Shown in pieces: positions 26,792-37,049 of a stretch of 64,000 bases of DNA (position 1 is its first letter; each line of letters starts with the position of its first letter). Source of the DNA: an uncultured Candidatus Saccharibacteria bacterium (GTDB taxonomy: Bacteria > Patescibacteriota > Saccharimonadia > Saccharimonadales > Saccharimonadaceae); contig CAYLKD010000002.1 in assembly GCA_964384345.1 (NCBI GenBank), positions 45,518-109,517 of the forward strand, written 5' to 3'. The position numbers were made by a program, and so were the translations under genes. The notes under the pieces were generated by a model that did no database searches, was not told the origin of the DNA, and saw only the letters and a program-made list of their open reading frames with translations.

Positions 26792-28573
26792 ATGTATGAA
26801 ATAAAACGACTCCTTGGGTATGGCACAGCGCTCAAGCGCTACTTCGGTATAATCATTGCCTCATCTGTGCTTCTAGCTGGCCTGAGCCTAGCTACGCCGT
26901 ACATTATGAAATTTGCTACCGATTGGGTAGTGTCAATCACTGCAGGAAAAGAAATTTTCTCATGGAGTACGTTAATTTTGCTGGTTGGCATGCAACTTAC
27001 AGTTGCATTACTATCTGTTATTATCGGTGATGTTGGCGGTTGGTATGGTGATATGATGGCAGTAAAGCTTCGACATCAACTCTCTACGACATACTATGAG
27101 CATTTGTTAACACTGCCTCAAAAGTACTATGACGGCGAAGTGACCGGAAAAGTAATCAACCGATTAAGTCGGGCGATCACCGATATTAGTAATTTTTTGC
27201 AGTTCTTTTCAAATAATTTGTTACAGATGTTGATAACCATGGTAATCACCGTTATCGTACTATTCGCGTATAGTTGGCCATTAGCAGTGTTATTTTTGCT
27301 TCTAATACCAGCTAATCTAGCGCTGACTGCTAAAACGAGTAAGAGATGGCAGAAGCTAGAAGCTAAAAAAAATACTCATTTTGATATTGCCAGTGGACGG
27401 TTCGCAGAAGTAATTGCCCAGATGCGTTTAGTCAAAAGCTTTGGCTCACAAAAGCGCGAGCTCAAATCATTTGATACGCGTATTAATAAAATGGTCGGGT
27501 TAACGCGCGAGCAATCAGCCTATTGGCACAGGATGAATGCACTGCGTGGTGTTGTCTTTGGCATCATATTTGCGACGATCTACGGCATTATTTTTTATCA
27601 AACTGCAAATCGTTCGATAAGTGTTGGTGACATGGTGCTGCTTGTTACACTCGTTCAACAAGTGGCCTTTCCTTTACGCAATATTAGCTTCTTTGTTGAT
27701 AGCTATCAGCGCGCGGTAGCAAATAGCAAAGACTTTGTCATTGCTATGAATGAGATACCAGAGGTGAACGATGCCGCAACTCAAGCACTAACTATTAGTA
27801 AAGGTCGGGTAGAATATCGCGATATTACGTTTGCCTACGACGATAGTAAAGAGGTACTTTCGAACGTTTCATTTGCCATAGAGCCTGGACAAAAAGTTGC
27901 ACTTGTTGGTGAAAGTGGTAGTGGCAAAACAACTCTTTCAAACTTGTTAATGCGTCTCTATGAGCCAACGTCAGGTCAGGTGCTTGTGGATGAACAAAAC
28001 ATTGTTGAGGTTACCCAGAAAAGTATCCGCACTGCAGTGGCGACGGTCTTTCAGGAAGCAACGTTATTTTCGGGCACAATTCGAGAGAATATTGCCTACG
28101 CATTGCCGAGCGCATCAGATGAGCAGATTGTACGCGCTGCCAAAGCGGCAAACGCTTTTGAGTTTATTCAGGAGCTGCAAAACGGGTTTGATACAGAAAT
28201 TGGCGAACGTGGAATCAAGCTTTCAGGCGGACAACGCCAACGTATCGCTATTGCCCGTGCTTTACTCAAAGACGCTCCAATCTTAATTCTTGATGAAGCA
28301 ACATCCAGCTTAGATAGTCGTAGTGAAGCAGAAGTACAAGACGCTCTCGATCGTCTTATGAAGGGGCGAAGTGTGCTGATCATCGCGCATCGACTGAGTA
28401 CGATTGCACACGTTGATCAGATTGTCACGATGAGCCACGGCAAGGTTGACGAAATAGGCGCACCAGCAGAGCTTGCAAAAACTGGCGGCATTTATTCGCA
28501 GCTTCTTGAGCTGCAGCTTGGATCAACCAAAAAGGCTCGCGAGAGGCTCAAAGAGTTCGAAATATCTGCTTGA
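26792..28573 (+). CDS. ABC exporter, fused permease/ATPase (MsbA-like)
   Basis: A 6-TM domain is followed by Walker A GESGSGKTT, signature LSGGQRQR and Walker B ILILDEATS. Confidence 0.9.
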   Translation: MYEIKRLLGYGTALKRYFGIIIASSVLLAGLSLATPYIMKFATDWVVSITAGKEIFSWSTLILLVGMQLTVALLSVIIGDVGGWYGDMMAVKLRHQLSTTYYEHLLTLPQKYYDGEVTGKVINRLSRAITDISNFLQFFSNNLLQMLITMVITVIVLFAYSWPLAVLFLLLIPANLALTAKTSKRWQKLEAKKNTHFDIASGRFAEVIAQMRLVKSFGSQKRELKSFDTRINKMVGLTREQSAYWHRMNALRGVVFGIIFATIYGIIFYQTANRSISVGDMVLLVTLVQQVAFPLRNISFFVDSYQRAVANSKDFVIAMNEIPEVNDAATQALTISKGRVEYRDITFAYDDSKEVLSNVSFAIEPGQKVALVGESGSGKTTLSNLLMRLYEPTSGQVLVDEQNIVEVTQKSIRTAVATVFQEATLFSGTIRENIAYALPSASDEQIVRAAKAANAFEFIQELQNGFDTEIGERGIKLSGGQRQRIAIARALLKDAPILILDEATSSLDSRSEAEVQDALDRLMKGRSVLIIAHRLSTIAHVDQIVTMSHGKVDEIGAPAELAKTGGIYSQLLELQLGSTKKARERLKEFEISA

Positions 28574-28615
28574 GCTTGATATACTGAAAGTAACGTAAGT
28601 CTAAAGAGGTACAAA

Positions 28616-29284
28616 ATGGCAACGAGCACAGCACAGCGTGTCGGCATCTGGATCATTGCAGTAGCAATGATAGTCGGAACAGTCGTCGGATTTTTAGTAA
28701 TGATTTTATCAACAAAAAATAATGCTTCGACGCAAGACGCGCTCGCAAAATACCAATCAGCATATACAGAGTACTCGACCAAGACACAGAAGCAACAAAC
28801 AGACCTGACTGCGCGAACCGATGAGCTATCGAATACGTACAAGGATTCGTTTGTGCCGCAAAAGCAAAAAGTTGCGAAATATGACGGCGCAAAGGTAACA
28901 GCACTCTCGTCAGAAACAATCAAACCAGGAGATGGCAAGGCGATCACAAATGAATACACGTACGCTGCCTACTATATAGGCTTTAATCCTGACGGCACTA
29001 TTTTTGATAGTTCGCTTAACGGTAGCGCGCTCAAGACGCCACTCATTGTACGTCCAGGCGGTGTTATTGCTGGATGGGCAAAGGGAATGGAAGGCAAGCA
29101 AATCGGTGGTATTTACGAGTTAACTATACCGAGTGATCAAGCATATGGTGCAACGGGCAGTGGTGACACCATCAAACCTAATACGCCGCTAAAATTCATA
29201 GTAATGCCTGTCGAACTATTAACGACCTACAAAGAGCCGCAAGTTACTAAAGAAGTTATGGAGGCATATGGAAGTGCAAACTAA
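28616..29284 (+). CDS. Membrane-anchored FKBP-type peptidyl-prolyl isomerase
   Basis: It has an N-terminal TM helix. The C-terminal FKBP domain carries YIGFNPDGTIFDSS, VIAGWAKGMEG and PLKFIV. Confidence 0.85.
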   Translation: MATSTAQRVGIWIIAVAMIVGTVVGFLVMILSTKNNASTQDALAKYQSAYTEYSTKTQKQQTDLTARTDELSNTYKDSFVPQKQKVAKYDGAKVTALSSETIKPGDGKAITNEYTYAAYYIGFNPDGTIFDSSLNGSALKTPLIVRPGGVIAGWAKGMEGKQIGGIYELTIPSDQAYGATGSGDTIKPNTPLKFIVMPVELLTTYKEPQVTKEVMEAYGSAN

Positions 29285-30218
29285 GATTCATGATGTCGTG
29301 ATGGTTGGTGCTGGACCAAGCGCACTAACAGCTTCTATTTACACCACACGTGAAAACATCGAAACAATTCTGTATGAAAAATCGACGATTGGCGGTATGG
29401 CTGCGATCACCGACATGGTAGATAATTATCCTGGTTTTCCTGATGGCATCGAAGGCATGACGCTTGCATCGAAATTACAGGCACAAGCCGAACGATTCGG
29501 TGCAGTAATAGATTTTGGCGAGATCTCCGAAATTCGCGATAATGGTCCGACTAAAACGCTGATTGTAGATGGCGCTGAGGTGCAGGCAAAATCTGTTCTT
29601 ATAGCTACCGGAAGCGATTACAAGCGTGTCGGCGTCCCCGGTGAGGCCGAGCTATTTGGCCGTGGCGTGCACTACTGTGCAACCTGTGACGGCGCCTTCT
29701 ACAAACAGAAGCGACTCGTCGTCATCGGTGGTGGCAACTCAGCGTTTCAAGAAACGTTGTTTTTGACTCGCTTTGCGAGGCACATCGATTTGCTTGTCAG
29801 AAGTGAGATTCGGGCAAGTGACGTGATCGTGAAAGATTTACAGCCGTTCGTTGACAGCGGCCAAGTGACGATACATATGCCCACACAAACCAAAGAAATA
29901 GTTGCAGTTGACGGAAAAGTCACGGGAGTACGTGTGTCGGTTAATGGTGGAGACGACACGATCATCGAGACAGATGGTGTATTTGTGTTCGTCGGACTTT
30001 TGCCAAATACCGGTTTTCTCAAAAGCTCAGCTATTGAGCTCGATGAAATCGGACTGATTAAAACGAACGAACATCTAGAAACATCGATGAAAGGTGTCTT
30101 TGCAAGCGGCGACGTCCGTAGTGGGGCAACGCTCCAAATTGCAAGCGCGGTCGGTGAAGGTGCATCAGCTGCCTTATCGATTCGTGAATATCTCGATAAT
30201 TTGAACAAAATTTCTTAG
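29268..30218 (+). CDS. trxB: Thioredoxin-disulfide reductase
   Basis: The motifs are VGAGPSALTASIY (FAD), redox CATCDG and GGGNSA (NADPH). Confidence 0.92.
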   Translation: MEVQTKIHDVVMVGAGPSALTASIYTTRENIETILYEKSTIGGMAAITDMVDNYPGFPDGIEGMTLASKLQAQAERFGAVIDFGEISEIRDNGPTKTLIVDGAEVQAKSVLIATGSDYKRVGVPGEAELFGRGVHYCATCDGAFYKQKRLVVIGGGNSAFQETLFLTRFARHIDLLVRSEIRASDVIVKDLQPFVDSGQVTIHMPTQTKEIVAVDGKVTGVRVSVNGGDDTIIETDGVFVFVGLLPNTGFLKSSAIELDEIGLIKTNEHLETSMKGVFASGDVRSGATLQIASAVGEGASAALSIREYLDNLNKIS

Positions 30219-30230
30219 CTCATCGAAGAA

Positions 30231-31217
30231 TTATTTCACGTAGTGCTTGAAGAACGATTCGAGTTGCTTGATAATGCGTGAGTCATGAGTTTCGAGAGCT
30301 ATTTCTCGAGTACCAAACACCACACTACCTGGCATAAAGTTGTGTGAACCAGTAATGGCGATTTTGTTGCCACCTGGCATGGTGAAAATCATAAACTTCG
30401 CATGAAGGTAATTATCACGTTCATACAGCGTGGTGTGCCCGCTTAGAAACATATTCGTTTTGATGATTGTCTTGTTCCAAAACGTCGCATTCGATGGCTT
30501 GTTAAAATACAGCGTCGCATCTTTATCTTTTAGGATACGGCCAAGTTTCCCGCTCGGGCAGTATTGGGACACAAATAAAATGTGAGATGCTTCACGCGCT
30601 AAACGACATGCGTGTCGATAGATAATCGAATCACCCTGGAACCCGCCGTCGAGCATGATACGGTCATTTTTTCCATGACTAAAATCATGGCTGCGATAGG
30701 CAAAATGTTTGCGATCGGCAGCGATCACCCGACTAATGTAGTCATTAATTTCCATCGCTAGTTGCTGGTCCTTAATACGAAACATGTAGTCGGTATTATT
30801 GATGCTCACGCCGTCGAGATTCACACCCCCGAACGAGTAAACGGTGTCATCAACTACGAGGCATTTACTGTGTGTGCGACCAGTAAATGGCATTGTGCTA
30901 AAACGACCAAGCCAGGTGAATTTGACGCCCGCTTTCGTCAGTGTCTTTGCCATGCTCGTTGTCGCTCGAGATTGCTTGGTATAATATCGATACGGAATAA
31001 AATGTCCGCCGAGCTCGCCAAACGTAAAAACATCAGCTGCAACGGTTACTTCTACGCCACGCCGAGCCGCGTCGGCTAATGATTCAATCAGTCCGTCTGT
31101 GCTGAGGTCTTCGGTCATCATCATGCACAGAAATGACACGCTCTGTTTCGCGCGGTTAATGTGTTTTGTTGCTTCGGCGATGTATTCTTCTGGCAAAAGT
31201 AACGTTGGTGCAGTCAT
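30231..31217 (-). CDS. Phospholipase D-family protein (two HKD motifs)
   Basis: The HKD motifs are HSKCLVVDD..GGVN and HAKFMIF...GSHNF. There is no TM segment. Confidence 0.8.
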   Translation of the reverse strand: MTAPTLLLPEEYIAEATKHINRAKQSVSFLCMMMTEDLSTDGLIESLADAARRGVEVTVAADVFTFGELGGHFIPYRYYTKQSRATTSMAKTLTKAGVKFTWLGRFSTMPFTGRTHSKCLVVDDTVYSFGGVNLDGVSINNTDYMFRIKDQQLAMEINDYISRVIAADRKHFAYRSHDFSHGKNDRIMLDGGFQGDSIIYRHACRLAREASHILFVSQYCPSGKLGRILKDKDATLYFNKPSNATFWNKTIIKTNMFLSGHTTLYERDNYLHAKFMIFTMPGGNKIAITGSHNFMPGSVVFGTREIALETHDSRIIKQLESFFKHYVK

Positions 31218-31302
31218 GAAGCAACTCGCGCAAGATTATAAGTCGACATACTTGCACTTAGTATACCATTACTGACAACTGCTAGATGCCGATACCTAAA
31301 TT

Positions 31303-31311
31303 TGGTACAAT
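31303..31311 (+). promoter_or_regulatory. Extended -10 (TGgTACAAT) upstream of ppa
   Basis: The motif lies about 34 nt upstream of ATG 31345, and the leader carries SD AGAGGAA. Confidence 0.45.
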
Positions 31312-31344
31312 GAACCAAAAGCATAACGAAAGAGGAAATAGTAT

Positions 31345-31872
31345 ATGGCTGACTTCAATGTAGTTTTAGCTCCTGGTGACATCGAAAATGGGTATGTAAA
31401 CACGGTCGTCGAAATCCCTGAGGGATCTCGATTAAAAGTAGAATGGGACCGAGAGCACGCGGCCTTTATGCTTGACCGCGTCGAACCAGCTATCTTTGCA
31501 AAACCATGTAACTATGGATTTATTCCTGGCACACTTGATGAAGACGGCGATGAGCTCGACACTTTGATCATATGTCCTGAGCCACTTGCAACTGGCGTGT
31601 GGTTAAAAGCAAAAATAATCGGCGTTATGCGATTTGAAGATGACGGGGAAGTAGATGACAAAGTAGTCGTAGTTCCTGCTGATAATCGAGACGACGGTGA
31701 TGCAATCAATTCGCTCGAAGACATTCCGCAGCTTGTCAAAAAACTCGAACACCACTTTTCGCATTACAAAGACCTCAAAAAACCAGGCTCTACAATTGTC
31801 AAAGGTTGGGGAGATGTAGCTGAAGCCAAAACAATCATTAATAGTTGTATTGAACGCTGGAACAACAAATAG
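31345..31872 (+). CDS. ppa: Inorganic pyrophosphatase (family I)
   Basis: VVEIPEGSRLKVEWD, DGDELDTLII and DDKVVVVP are present. Length is 175 aa. Confidence 0.92.
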   Translation: MADFNVVLAPGDIENGYVNTVVEIPEGSRLKVEWDREHAAFMLDRVEPAIFAKPCNYGFIPGTLDEDGDELDTLIICPEPLATGVWLKAKIIGVMRFEDDGEVDDKVVVVPADNRDDGDAINSLEDIPQLVKKLEHHFSHYKDLKKPGSTIVKGWGDVAEAKTIINSCIERWNNK

Positions 31873-31892
31873 TCTCTGCTTGTGATGCAGAG

Positions 31893-33428
31893 TTACCGTT
31901 TGCGACGAGTGCTACTGCGAAGTTTTTTCGCGGCATACGTCACCGTATCAAAAAGTGAACGATTTTGTTTTGAAAGTTGCAACCGTAATTTTTCCTTAGC
32001 ATGATTTGTCGCTAAATATTCCTTCCAGGTTGCTTTTGGTCCAGCTGTCTTACTCGTCAACACTTCAACATGATCCCCGTGCTGCAGTACATAGCTGAAT
32101 GGTTTCATCACACCGTTTACTTTAAAACCACTGGCACGGGCGGCAATATCAGAGTGTATTCGGTAGGCAAAGTCGAGTACAAATGCGCCGCGCGGCAGAT
32201 CCCAGATATCGCCCTTCGGAGAATAGACAAAGATTCGATCGTGAAACAAATTCATGCGAAATTTTTCTGAGTCAAATTTATTACCCTTACCAGTGCGGGC
32301 TGCTGTGAGTTGCAAATCTTTGATCCATGACAGGTGTGCTGGTAATTCTCCGATACGTCCTTTTTTGTAATCTTCGGTGAGTTTTTGTTCGTTGTAGTGA
32401 AAACTAGCGGCAAGTCCGCGTTCGGCATAATCATGCATTTGCTGAGTCCGGACCTGGAACTCAACGATTTGACCATTGGTTGTTTGTACGGTCGTATGTA
32501 AACTTTGGTAGCCGTTCAACTTCGGCTGCGCAACATAATCTTTGATGCGTTCAAAAATTGGCGTGTAAAGTTCATGCAATACCCCGAGCACTAAGTAGCA
32601 TGTCGACAAATCATCAACGATTATTCGTAGCGCAATCAAATCATGTATCTGGTCTATATCGCCACCGACACGGTCGAGCTTTTTGTATAAACTGTAGGCG
32701 CTTTTCACGCGTCCATCCATTTCAAATACAATTTTTTCTTCGTGTAATTTCCTCGTCACTTCTCGTTTAACCGATTGGAGTTTACGGTTGCTTCGTTTGA
32801 GGCGTGAATCCATGAGCGATTTTGTACGAACGAAATCTTTCGGGGTCATAAAGCGAAAACTAAGCTCTTCGAGTTGCACGCGTGCCCGTCCCATGTTGAG
32901 TCGGTCAGCAAGTGGCGCAAATACTTCCATCGTTTCACGCGCAATTTTCTTTTGCTTGTCGCGTGGCATGTGCTCAAGTGTGCGCATGTTGTGCAATCGA
33001 TCGGCAAGTTTGATAATTAAAACTCTCACATCTTCACCAACAGCAATCATTAGCTTAGTCAGATTGTCTTTTGTCGCAGGGAGATAACTATCAAGGTCTC
33101 GCATTCCGCTGCGCGCTTTAGAAACTTTTGTCACTCCGTCAACGAGAAAGGCAATGTCGGCACCAAATAAGGTCTCAATTGTAGGAAGGGTAAGTTCCGT
33201 ATCCTCAACAACGTCGTGCAGCACGCCTGCAATTACAGAATCTATATCAAGTTCCCACTCTATGAGGATAGCGGCTACACTCAGAGGATGAATGATAAAT
33301 GGTTCGCCGCTTTTTCGAAACTGTCCGCTATGTGCCTCCGTCGCGACATCGATAGCATGCTCAAGCTCAAGAATGTCGGTCTCGGTGTAATGCTTCGATG
33401 CGGAGAGTAGTAGCGACTGCTTATCCAT
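31893..33428 (-). CDS. rel: Bifunctional (p)ppGpp synthetase/hydrolase, RelA/SpoT family, C-terminally short
   Basis: It has an HD domain (HPLSVA...HDVVEDT), a synthetase domain (YQSLHTTV) and a TGS domain. At 511 aa it lacks the usual ACT/RRM end. Confidence 0.9.
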   Translation of the reverse strand: MDKQSLLLSASKHYTETDILELEHAIDVATEAHSGQFRKSGEPFIIHPLSVAAILIEWELDIDSVIAGVLHDVVEDTELTLPTIETLFGADIAFLVDGVTKVSKARSGMRDLDSYLPATKDNLTKLMIAVGEDVRVLIIKLADRLHNMRTLEHMPRDKQKKIARETMEVFAPLADRLNMGRARVQLEELSFRFMTPKDFVRTKSLMDSRLKRSNRKLQSVKREVTRKLHEEKIVFEMDGRVKSAYSLYKKLDRVGGDIDQIHDLIALRIIVDDLSTCYLVLGVLHELYTPIFERIKDYVAQPKLNGYQSLHTTVQTTNGQIVEFQVRTQQMHDYAERGLAASFHYNEQKLTEDYKKGRIGELPAHLSWIKDLQLTAARTGKGNKFDSEKFRMNLFHDRIFVYSPKGDIWDLPRGAFVLDFAYRIHSDIAARASGFKVNGVMKPFSYVLQHGDHVEVLTSKTAGPKATWKEYLATNHAKEKLRLQLSKQNRSLFDTVTYAAKKLRSSTRRKR

Positions 33429-33511
33429 GACTTAATTATAGCGAATTTTTATGAACTACTTGTATACTGTAGGTATAAGCGTAAGAATAATGTCTTATAA
33501 AGGAGATATGA

Positions 33512-34528
33512 ATGGCACAAACTAACATTGCGATTAACGGGTTTGGACGAATCGGACGAAATGCATTTAAACTTGCATTTGAACGATCTGACCTCAACAT
33601 CGTTGCAATCAATGACCTGACTGACAACAAAACGCTCGCCTACTTGCTCAAGCACGATAGCAACTACGGTACGTACGACAAAGATGTGAGCTTTGATGAC
33701 AACGGTCTCGTAGTTGCAGGTAAAAGTATCAAAGTGCTAGCAGAAAAAGATCCAGCGGCGTTGCCATGGGCTGATCTCGGCGTTGACCTTGTCATTGAGT
33801 CAACCGGTTTTTTTACCGATGAAGAAGGCGCCTCAAAGCACATTACGGCAGGTGCAAAGCGTGTGGTTATTTCTGGTCCAAGCAAATCTGAAGGCGTTGA
33901 TACGCTTGTGCTTGGTGCAAACGACGACAAAGTAGCTGGTTCGTCAGCAGTTGTGTCAAACGCGAGCTGTACAACAAATAGCCTCGGCGCAGTCATGGCG
34001 GTACTTGATAGTGAATTTGGTGTTGAAAAGTCACTCCTGACAACTGTACATAGCTATACGGCTAGTCAAGCTCTTCAAGACGCACCAAAAAAAGATCCTC
34101 GAGAAGGTCGTAATGCTGCAGAAAACATCGTGCCAACCAGCACGGGTGCAGCTATCGCTGTTACTAAAGCGCTGCCAGGTCTTGCCGGAAAATTCGATGG
34201 TATCTCTATGCGAGTTCCAACACCTGTCGTCTCGATATCAGACGTTACTGCTCTGCTCAGTAAAGACGTTACTGTCGAAGAGCTCAATGCAGCATTTGTC
34301 AAAGCTGCCGGTCAGCCATATTTCCAGGGCATTCTCGGTGTTTCAGATGAACCACTAGTGTCTCGTGACTATATTGGCAACAGCTTCTCTGGAACTGTCG
34401 ATCTCGCCTTGACTCGCGTGGTCGGAGGCAACCTTGTCAAGGTATGCGTCTGGTACGACAACGAATGGGGCTACTCAAACCGCCTTGTCGAACTTGCTGC
34501 AGACGTCGCAAAAACTATCTCATCGTAA
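33512..34528 (+). CDS. gap: Type I glyceraldehyde-3-phosphate dehydrogenase
   Basis: INGFGRIGR, SNASCTTN and WYDNEWGYS are present, with SD AAAGGAG. Confidence 0.95.
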   Translation: MAQTNIAINGFGRIGRNAFKLAFERSDLNIVAINDLTDNKTLAYLLKHDSNYGTYDKDVSFDDNGLVVAGKSIKVLAEKDPAALPWADLGVDLVIESTGFFTDEEGASKHITAGAKRVVISGPSKSEGVDTLVLGANDDKVAGSSAVVSNASCTTNSLGAVMAVLDSEFGVEKSLLTTVHSYTASQALQDAPKKDPREGRNAAENIVPTSTGAAIAVTKALPGLAGKFDGISMRVPTPVVSISDVTALLSKDVTVEELNAAFVKAAGQPYFQGILGVSDEPLVSRDYIGNSFSGTVDLALTRVVGGNLVKVCVWYDNEWGYSNRLVELAADVAKTISS

Positions 34529-34636
34529 TAAGTTTTACCGAGTAACGAAAATAGCCCCCCGAAAGAGCTCAAGCTGCAAGAGATTAAACTCTCGCGGCAA
34601 GCTATTTTCGGAGGGCTTGTTGCCTCGATGCTGGGG

Positions 34637-34930
34637 TTACTTTGCGATCTTGACCCACTCATCACCAAGGAACTTTCCTCGGTAGGCGACAACCTGTGGT
34701 GTGCCAGTGATGAGGCTCACCTCGAGATACTCGAAGCACGGGTGACCACTGAGGTACAGGACCACAGTTCCACTCTTCATGAAGTACATCACTTGTGCAT
34801 CGACGGCGTTGTCATCGACCTTGATGGCGAACGCGTCGTCTGCAGTGGTCGGAGAAAGCAGACGTCTCGTGACGTTTTCCATGTACCTGGCAGCGTCGAT
34901 GATGAAGTTTGGGTGGCTCGGCTCGGTCAT
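34637..34930 (-). CDS. Orphan hypothetical protein (97 aa) with foreign codon usage
   Basis: SD GGAGA lies 6 nt upstream and a near-consensus promoter lies further upstream. My hand count gives GC3 of 68/97, with Phe, Ile and Lys always encoded by TTC, ATC and AAG. I recognised no family. Confidence 0.6.
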   Translation of the reverse strand: MTEPSHPNFIIDAARYMENVTRRLLSPTTADDAFAIKVDDNAVDAQVMYFMKSGTVVLYLSGHPCFEYLEVSLITGTPQVVAYRGKFLGDEWVKIAK

Positions 34931-34991
34931 GACGTATCTCCATTACTCGAAGGGCTATCTAGTCAGGAAATCCCTGCGTAGATTAAATAAT

Positions 34992-35020
34992 ATATTACTA
35001 CAAAAATCATAATTTGTCAA
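34992..35020 (-). promoter_or_regulatory. Near-consensus sigma70-type promoter for the orphan gene
   Basis: On the minus strand TTGACA (35020-35015), a 17-nt spacer and TAATAT (34997-34992). Confidence 0.55.
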
Positions 35021-35084
35021 CGATATCTTTACGTCCAACAACTCTTTACAGTTAGCTTCATCCCGCTTATACTTTAGTTTATAT

Positions 35085-35540
35085 ATGAATATTTACTTGG
35101 GTGCGGACCATCAAGGCTATTACTTAAAGGAAAAGTTGTTTGCCTATTTGGCGAAGCACAACTATAACGTCGAAGACGTAAGTGGCAAGGTACTTGACCC
35201 TATCGATGATTTCCCGGAGTTTGCTCAGCTAGCTGCAACGCGCGTGATTGGTGACGATAGCGAAGACCCTCGTGCAATCTTGATATGCGGTGGTGGTCAA
35301 GGCATGGCGATGGCGGCGAATCGATTTCGCGGCATTCGTGCAGCAGTAATTTGGGACGCGTACGAGGCAAAGATGACGCGCTATGACAATGACTGTAACG
35401 TACTGTGTCTCCCGGCTCGTGTGTTCGACGAAATGGATGATTCCGGCTGGCAAGGCGTCGTCGAAACCTGGCTTAACACCGAGTTTGCTAAAGCCCCACG
35501 TTTTATACGGCGTAACGCGCAGATTGATGAGATGGCCTAA
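35085..35540 (+). CDS. rpiB: Ribose-5-phosphate isomerase B
   Basis: It belongs to the RpiB/LacAB family, with GADHQGY, ILICGGGQGMAMAANR and NVLCLPARV. Confidence 0.9.
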   Translation: MNIYLGADHQGYYLKEKLFAYLAKHNYNVEDVSGKVLDPIDDFPEFAQLAATRVIGDDSEDPRAILICGGGQGMAMAANRFRGIRAAVIWDAYEAKMTRYDNDCNVLCLPARVFDEMDDSGWQGVVETWLNTEFAKAPRFIRRNAQIDEMA

Positions 35541-36184
35541 TGAGTTTCATCGCTCCTGCAATTCTGGCCGAAAACGCCGATCAGTACAAAGAAAAAATCG
35601 AGGCAATGCAGGGCTTTGCGACACGGATTCATATTGATCTTTCAGATGGTGAATTTGCACCGACGTTTACCATTACCGATAACGAACTGTGGTGGCTTCC
35701 AGAGATGCAAGCAGATATACATGCTATGGTCGCTCGTCCAAGTGAACACGTACAGGCGCTGGTCGCAAAAAAGCCACATATGATAATTTTTCACGCCGAA
35801 GTTCAAGAGGATTTGTCGCAGATTTTTCAGTATGTTCGTCAAGCAGGAATCAAGGCTGGATTAGCATTGCAGCGGCCAACAGTGCCGACAGAAATCCGAC
35901 CCCTGATCGAAATGGCTGATCATGTCATGATTTTTAGTGGTGACCTCGGCCATCATGGGGGCACCGCAAGCTTAATGCAACTTGAAAAAGTACGACTTAT
36001 CAAAGCGATTCGTCCGACAGTCGAAATCGGTTGGGACGGTGGCGTCACTCTTGAAAACGCGTTTAGTCTGAGTCAAGGCGGAGTTGATGTACTTGATGTT
36101 GGAGGTACTATAGCTAAGAGCGCAGATCCAGCGGAAACATACGCAAAATTAGTAAGTGAAATCAATAAGCATGGGGTGATATAG
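35540..36184 (+). CDS. rpe: Ribulose-phosphate 3-epimerase-family protein
   Basis: IAPAILAEN...IHIDLSDGEFAPTFT is present, with a TIM barrel-like C-terminus G.DGGV. It has a TAATG junction with rpiB. Confidence 0.75.
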   Translation: MSFIAPAILAENADQYKEKIEAMQGFATRIHIDLSDGEFAPTFTITDNELWWLPEMQADIHAMVARPSEHVQALVAKKPHMIIFHAEVQEDLSQIFQYVRQAGIKAGLALQRPTVPTEIRPLIEMADHVMIFSGDLGHHGGTASLMQLEKVRLIKAIRPTVEIGWDGGVTLENAFSLSQGGVDVLDVGGTIAKSADPAETYAKLVSEINKHGVI

Positions 36185-36185
36185 G

Positions 36186-37049
36186 ATGGGTGATTTGACA
36201 CGAACAGAATTAAAACACAAGGTGAGTGCTGTCCGCGAGGATATAATTCGCATGCTTGAAGCTGCTGGTTCCGGACATAGTGCTGGTCCGCTCGGCTTGG
36301 CTGAAGTCGTGACAACGCTGTATTTCGATATTATGAATTTGCGACCGAGCCAGCCTAATTGGAGTGACCGTGACCTATTCTTTCTAAGTAATGGCCACTG
36401 TGTACCAGTACAATATGCAGCTATGGCTGAACGTGGGTATTTTGATAAAGAAGAGCTAATGACCTTACGAAAATTTGGCTCACGCTTGCAAGGACATCCA
36501 GAACGTACGAAGCTCCCTGGTCTCGAAAACACCAGTGGCCCACTCGGCAGTGGACTGAGCCAAGCTGCCGGCGTCGCTTATACGCTGCAGTATATCGACG
36601 CGCAGCCGCATCGTTTTGTTTATGTCGTCACTGGAGATGGAGAACTAAACGAGGGCAACATCTGGGAAGCAGCCATGTTTGCGGGGAAGTACAAACTATC
36701 CCAACTCGTCGTTTTCATCGATCGAAATAATATCCAGATCGATGGTAATACCGAAGATGTTATGCCGCTCGAGGATCTTGCTGGCAAATGGAAGAGTTTC
36801 GGGTGGCACGTCCAAGAGATTGATGGCCACAACATCGAAAGCATTCAAGATGCCGCGAGCCAAGCGCGCGCGACTACGAATCGTCCAAGCGTCATAATTG
36901 CTCACACGATTCCCGGTAAAGGCGTTGATTTTATGGAATACGATTACCACTGGCACGGCGTTGCACCAAATCACGAGCAAGCAAAAAATGCGCTGCGAAA
37001 ACTACGTACGCTTGATGGTAAGATTCGACATGAAGGAGAAGGTGTATGA
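36186..37049 (+). CDS. Transketolase, N-terminal (TPP-binding) subunit
   Basis: GSGHSAGPLGLAEVVTTLYF and GDGELNEGNIWEA are present. The split-gene arrangement is seen directly. Confidence 0.9.
   Translation: MGDLTRTELKHKVSAVREDIIRMLEAAGSGHSAGPLGLAEVVTTLYFDIMNLRPSQPNWSDRDLFFLSNGHCVPVQYAAMAERGYFDKEELMTLRKFGSRLQGHPERTKLPGLENTSGPLGSGLSQAAGVAYTLQYIDAQPHRFVYVVTGDGELNEGNIWEAAMFAGKYKLSQLVVFIDRNNIQIDGNTEDVMPLEDLAGKWKSFGWHVQEIDGHNIESIQDAASQARATTNRPSVIIAHTIPGKGVDFMEYDYHWHGVAPNHEQAKNALRKLRTLDGKIRHEGEGV

Noticed and set aside
34551-34616. A long imperfect hairpin (GCCCCCCGAAA...TTTCGGAGGGC) between gap and the orphan gene, considered as a structured ncRNA.
   Set aside because: It is most simply a shared bidirectional terminator for two convergent genes. 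I recognised no conserved ncRNA motif.
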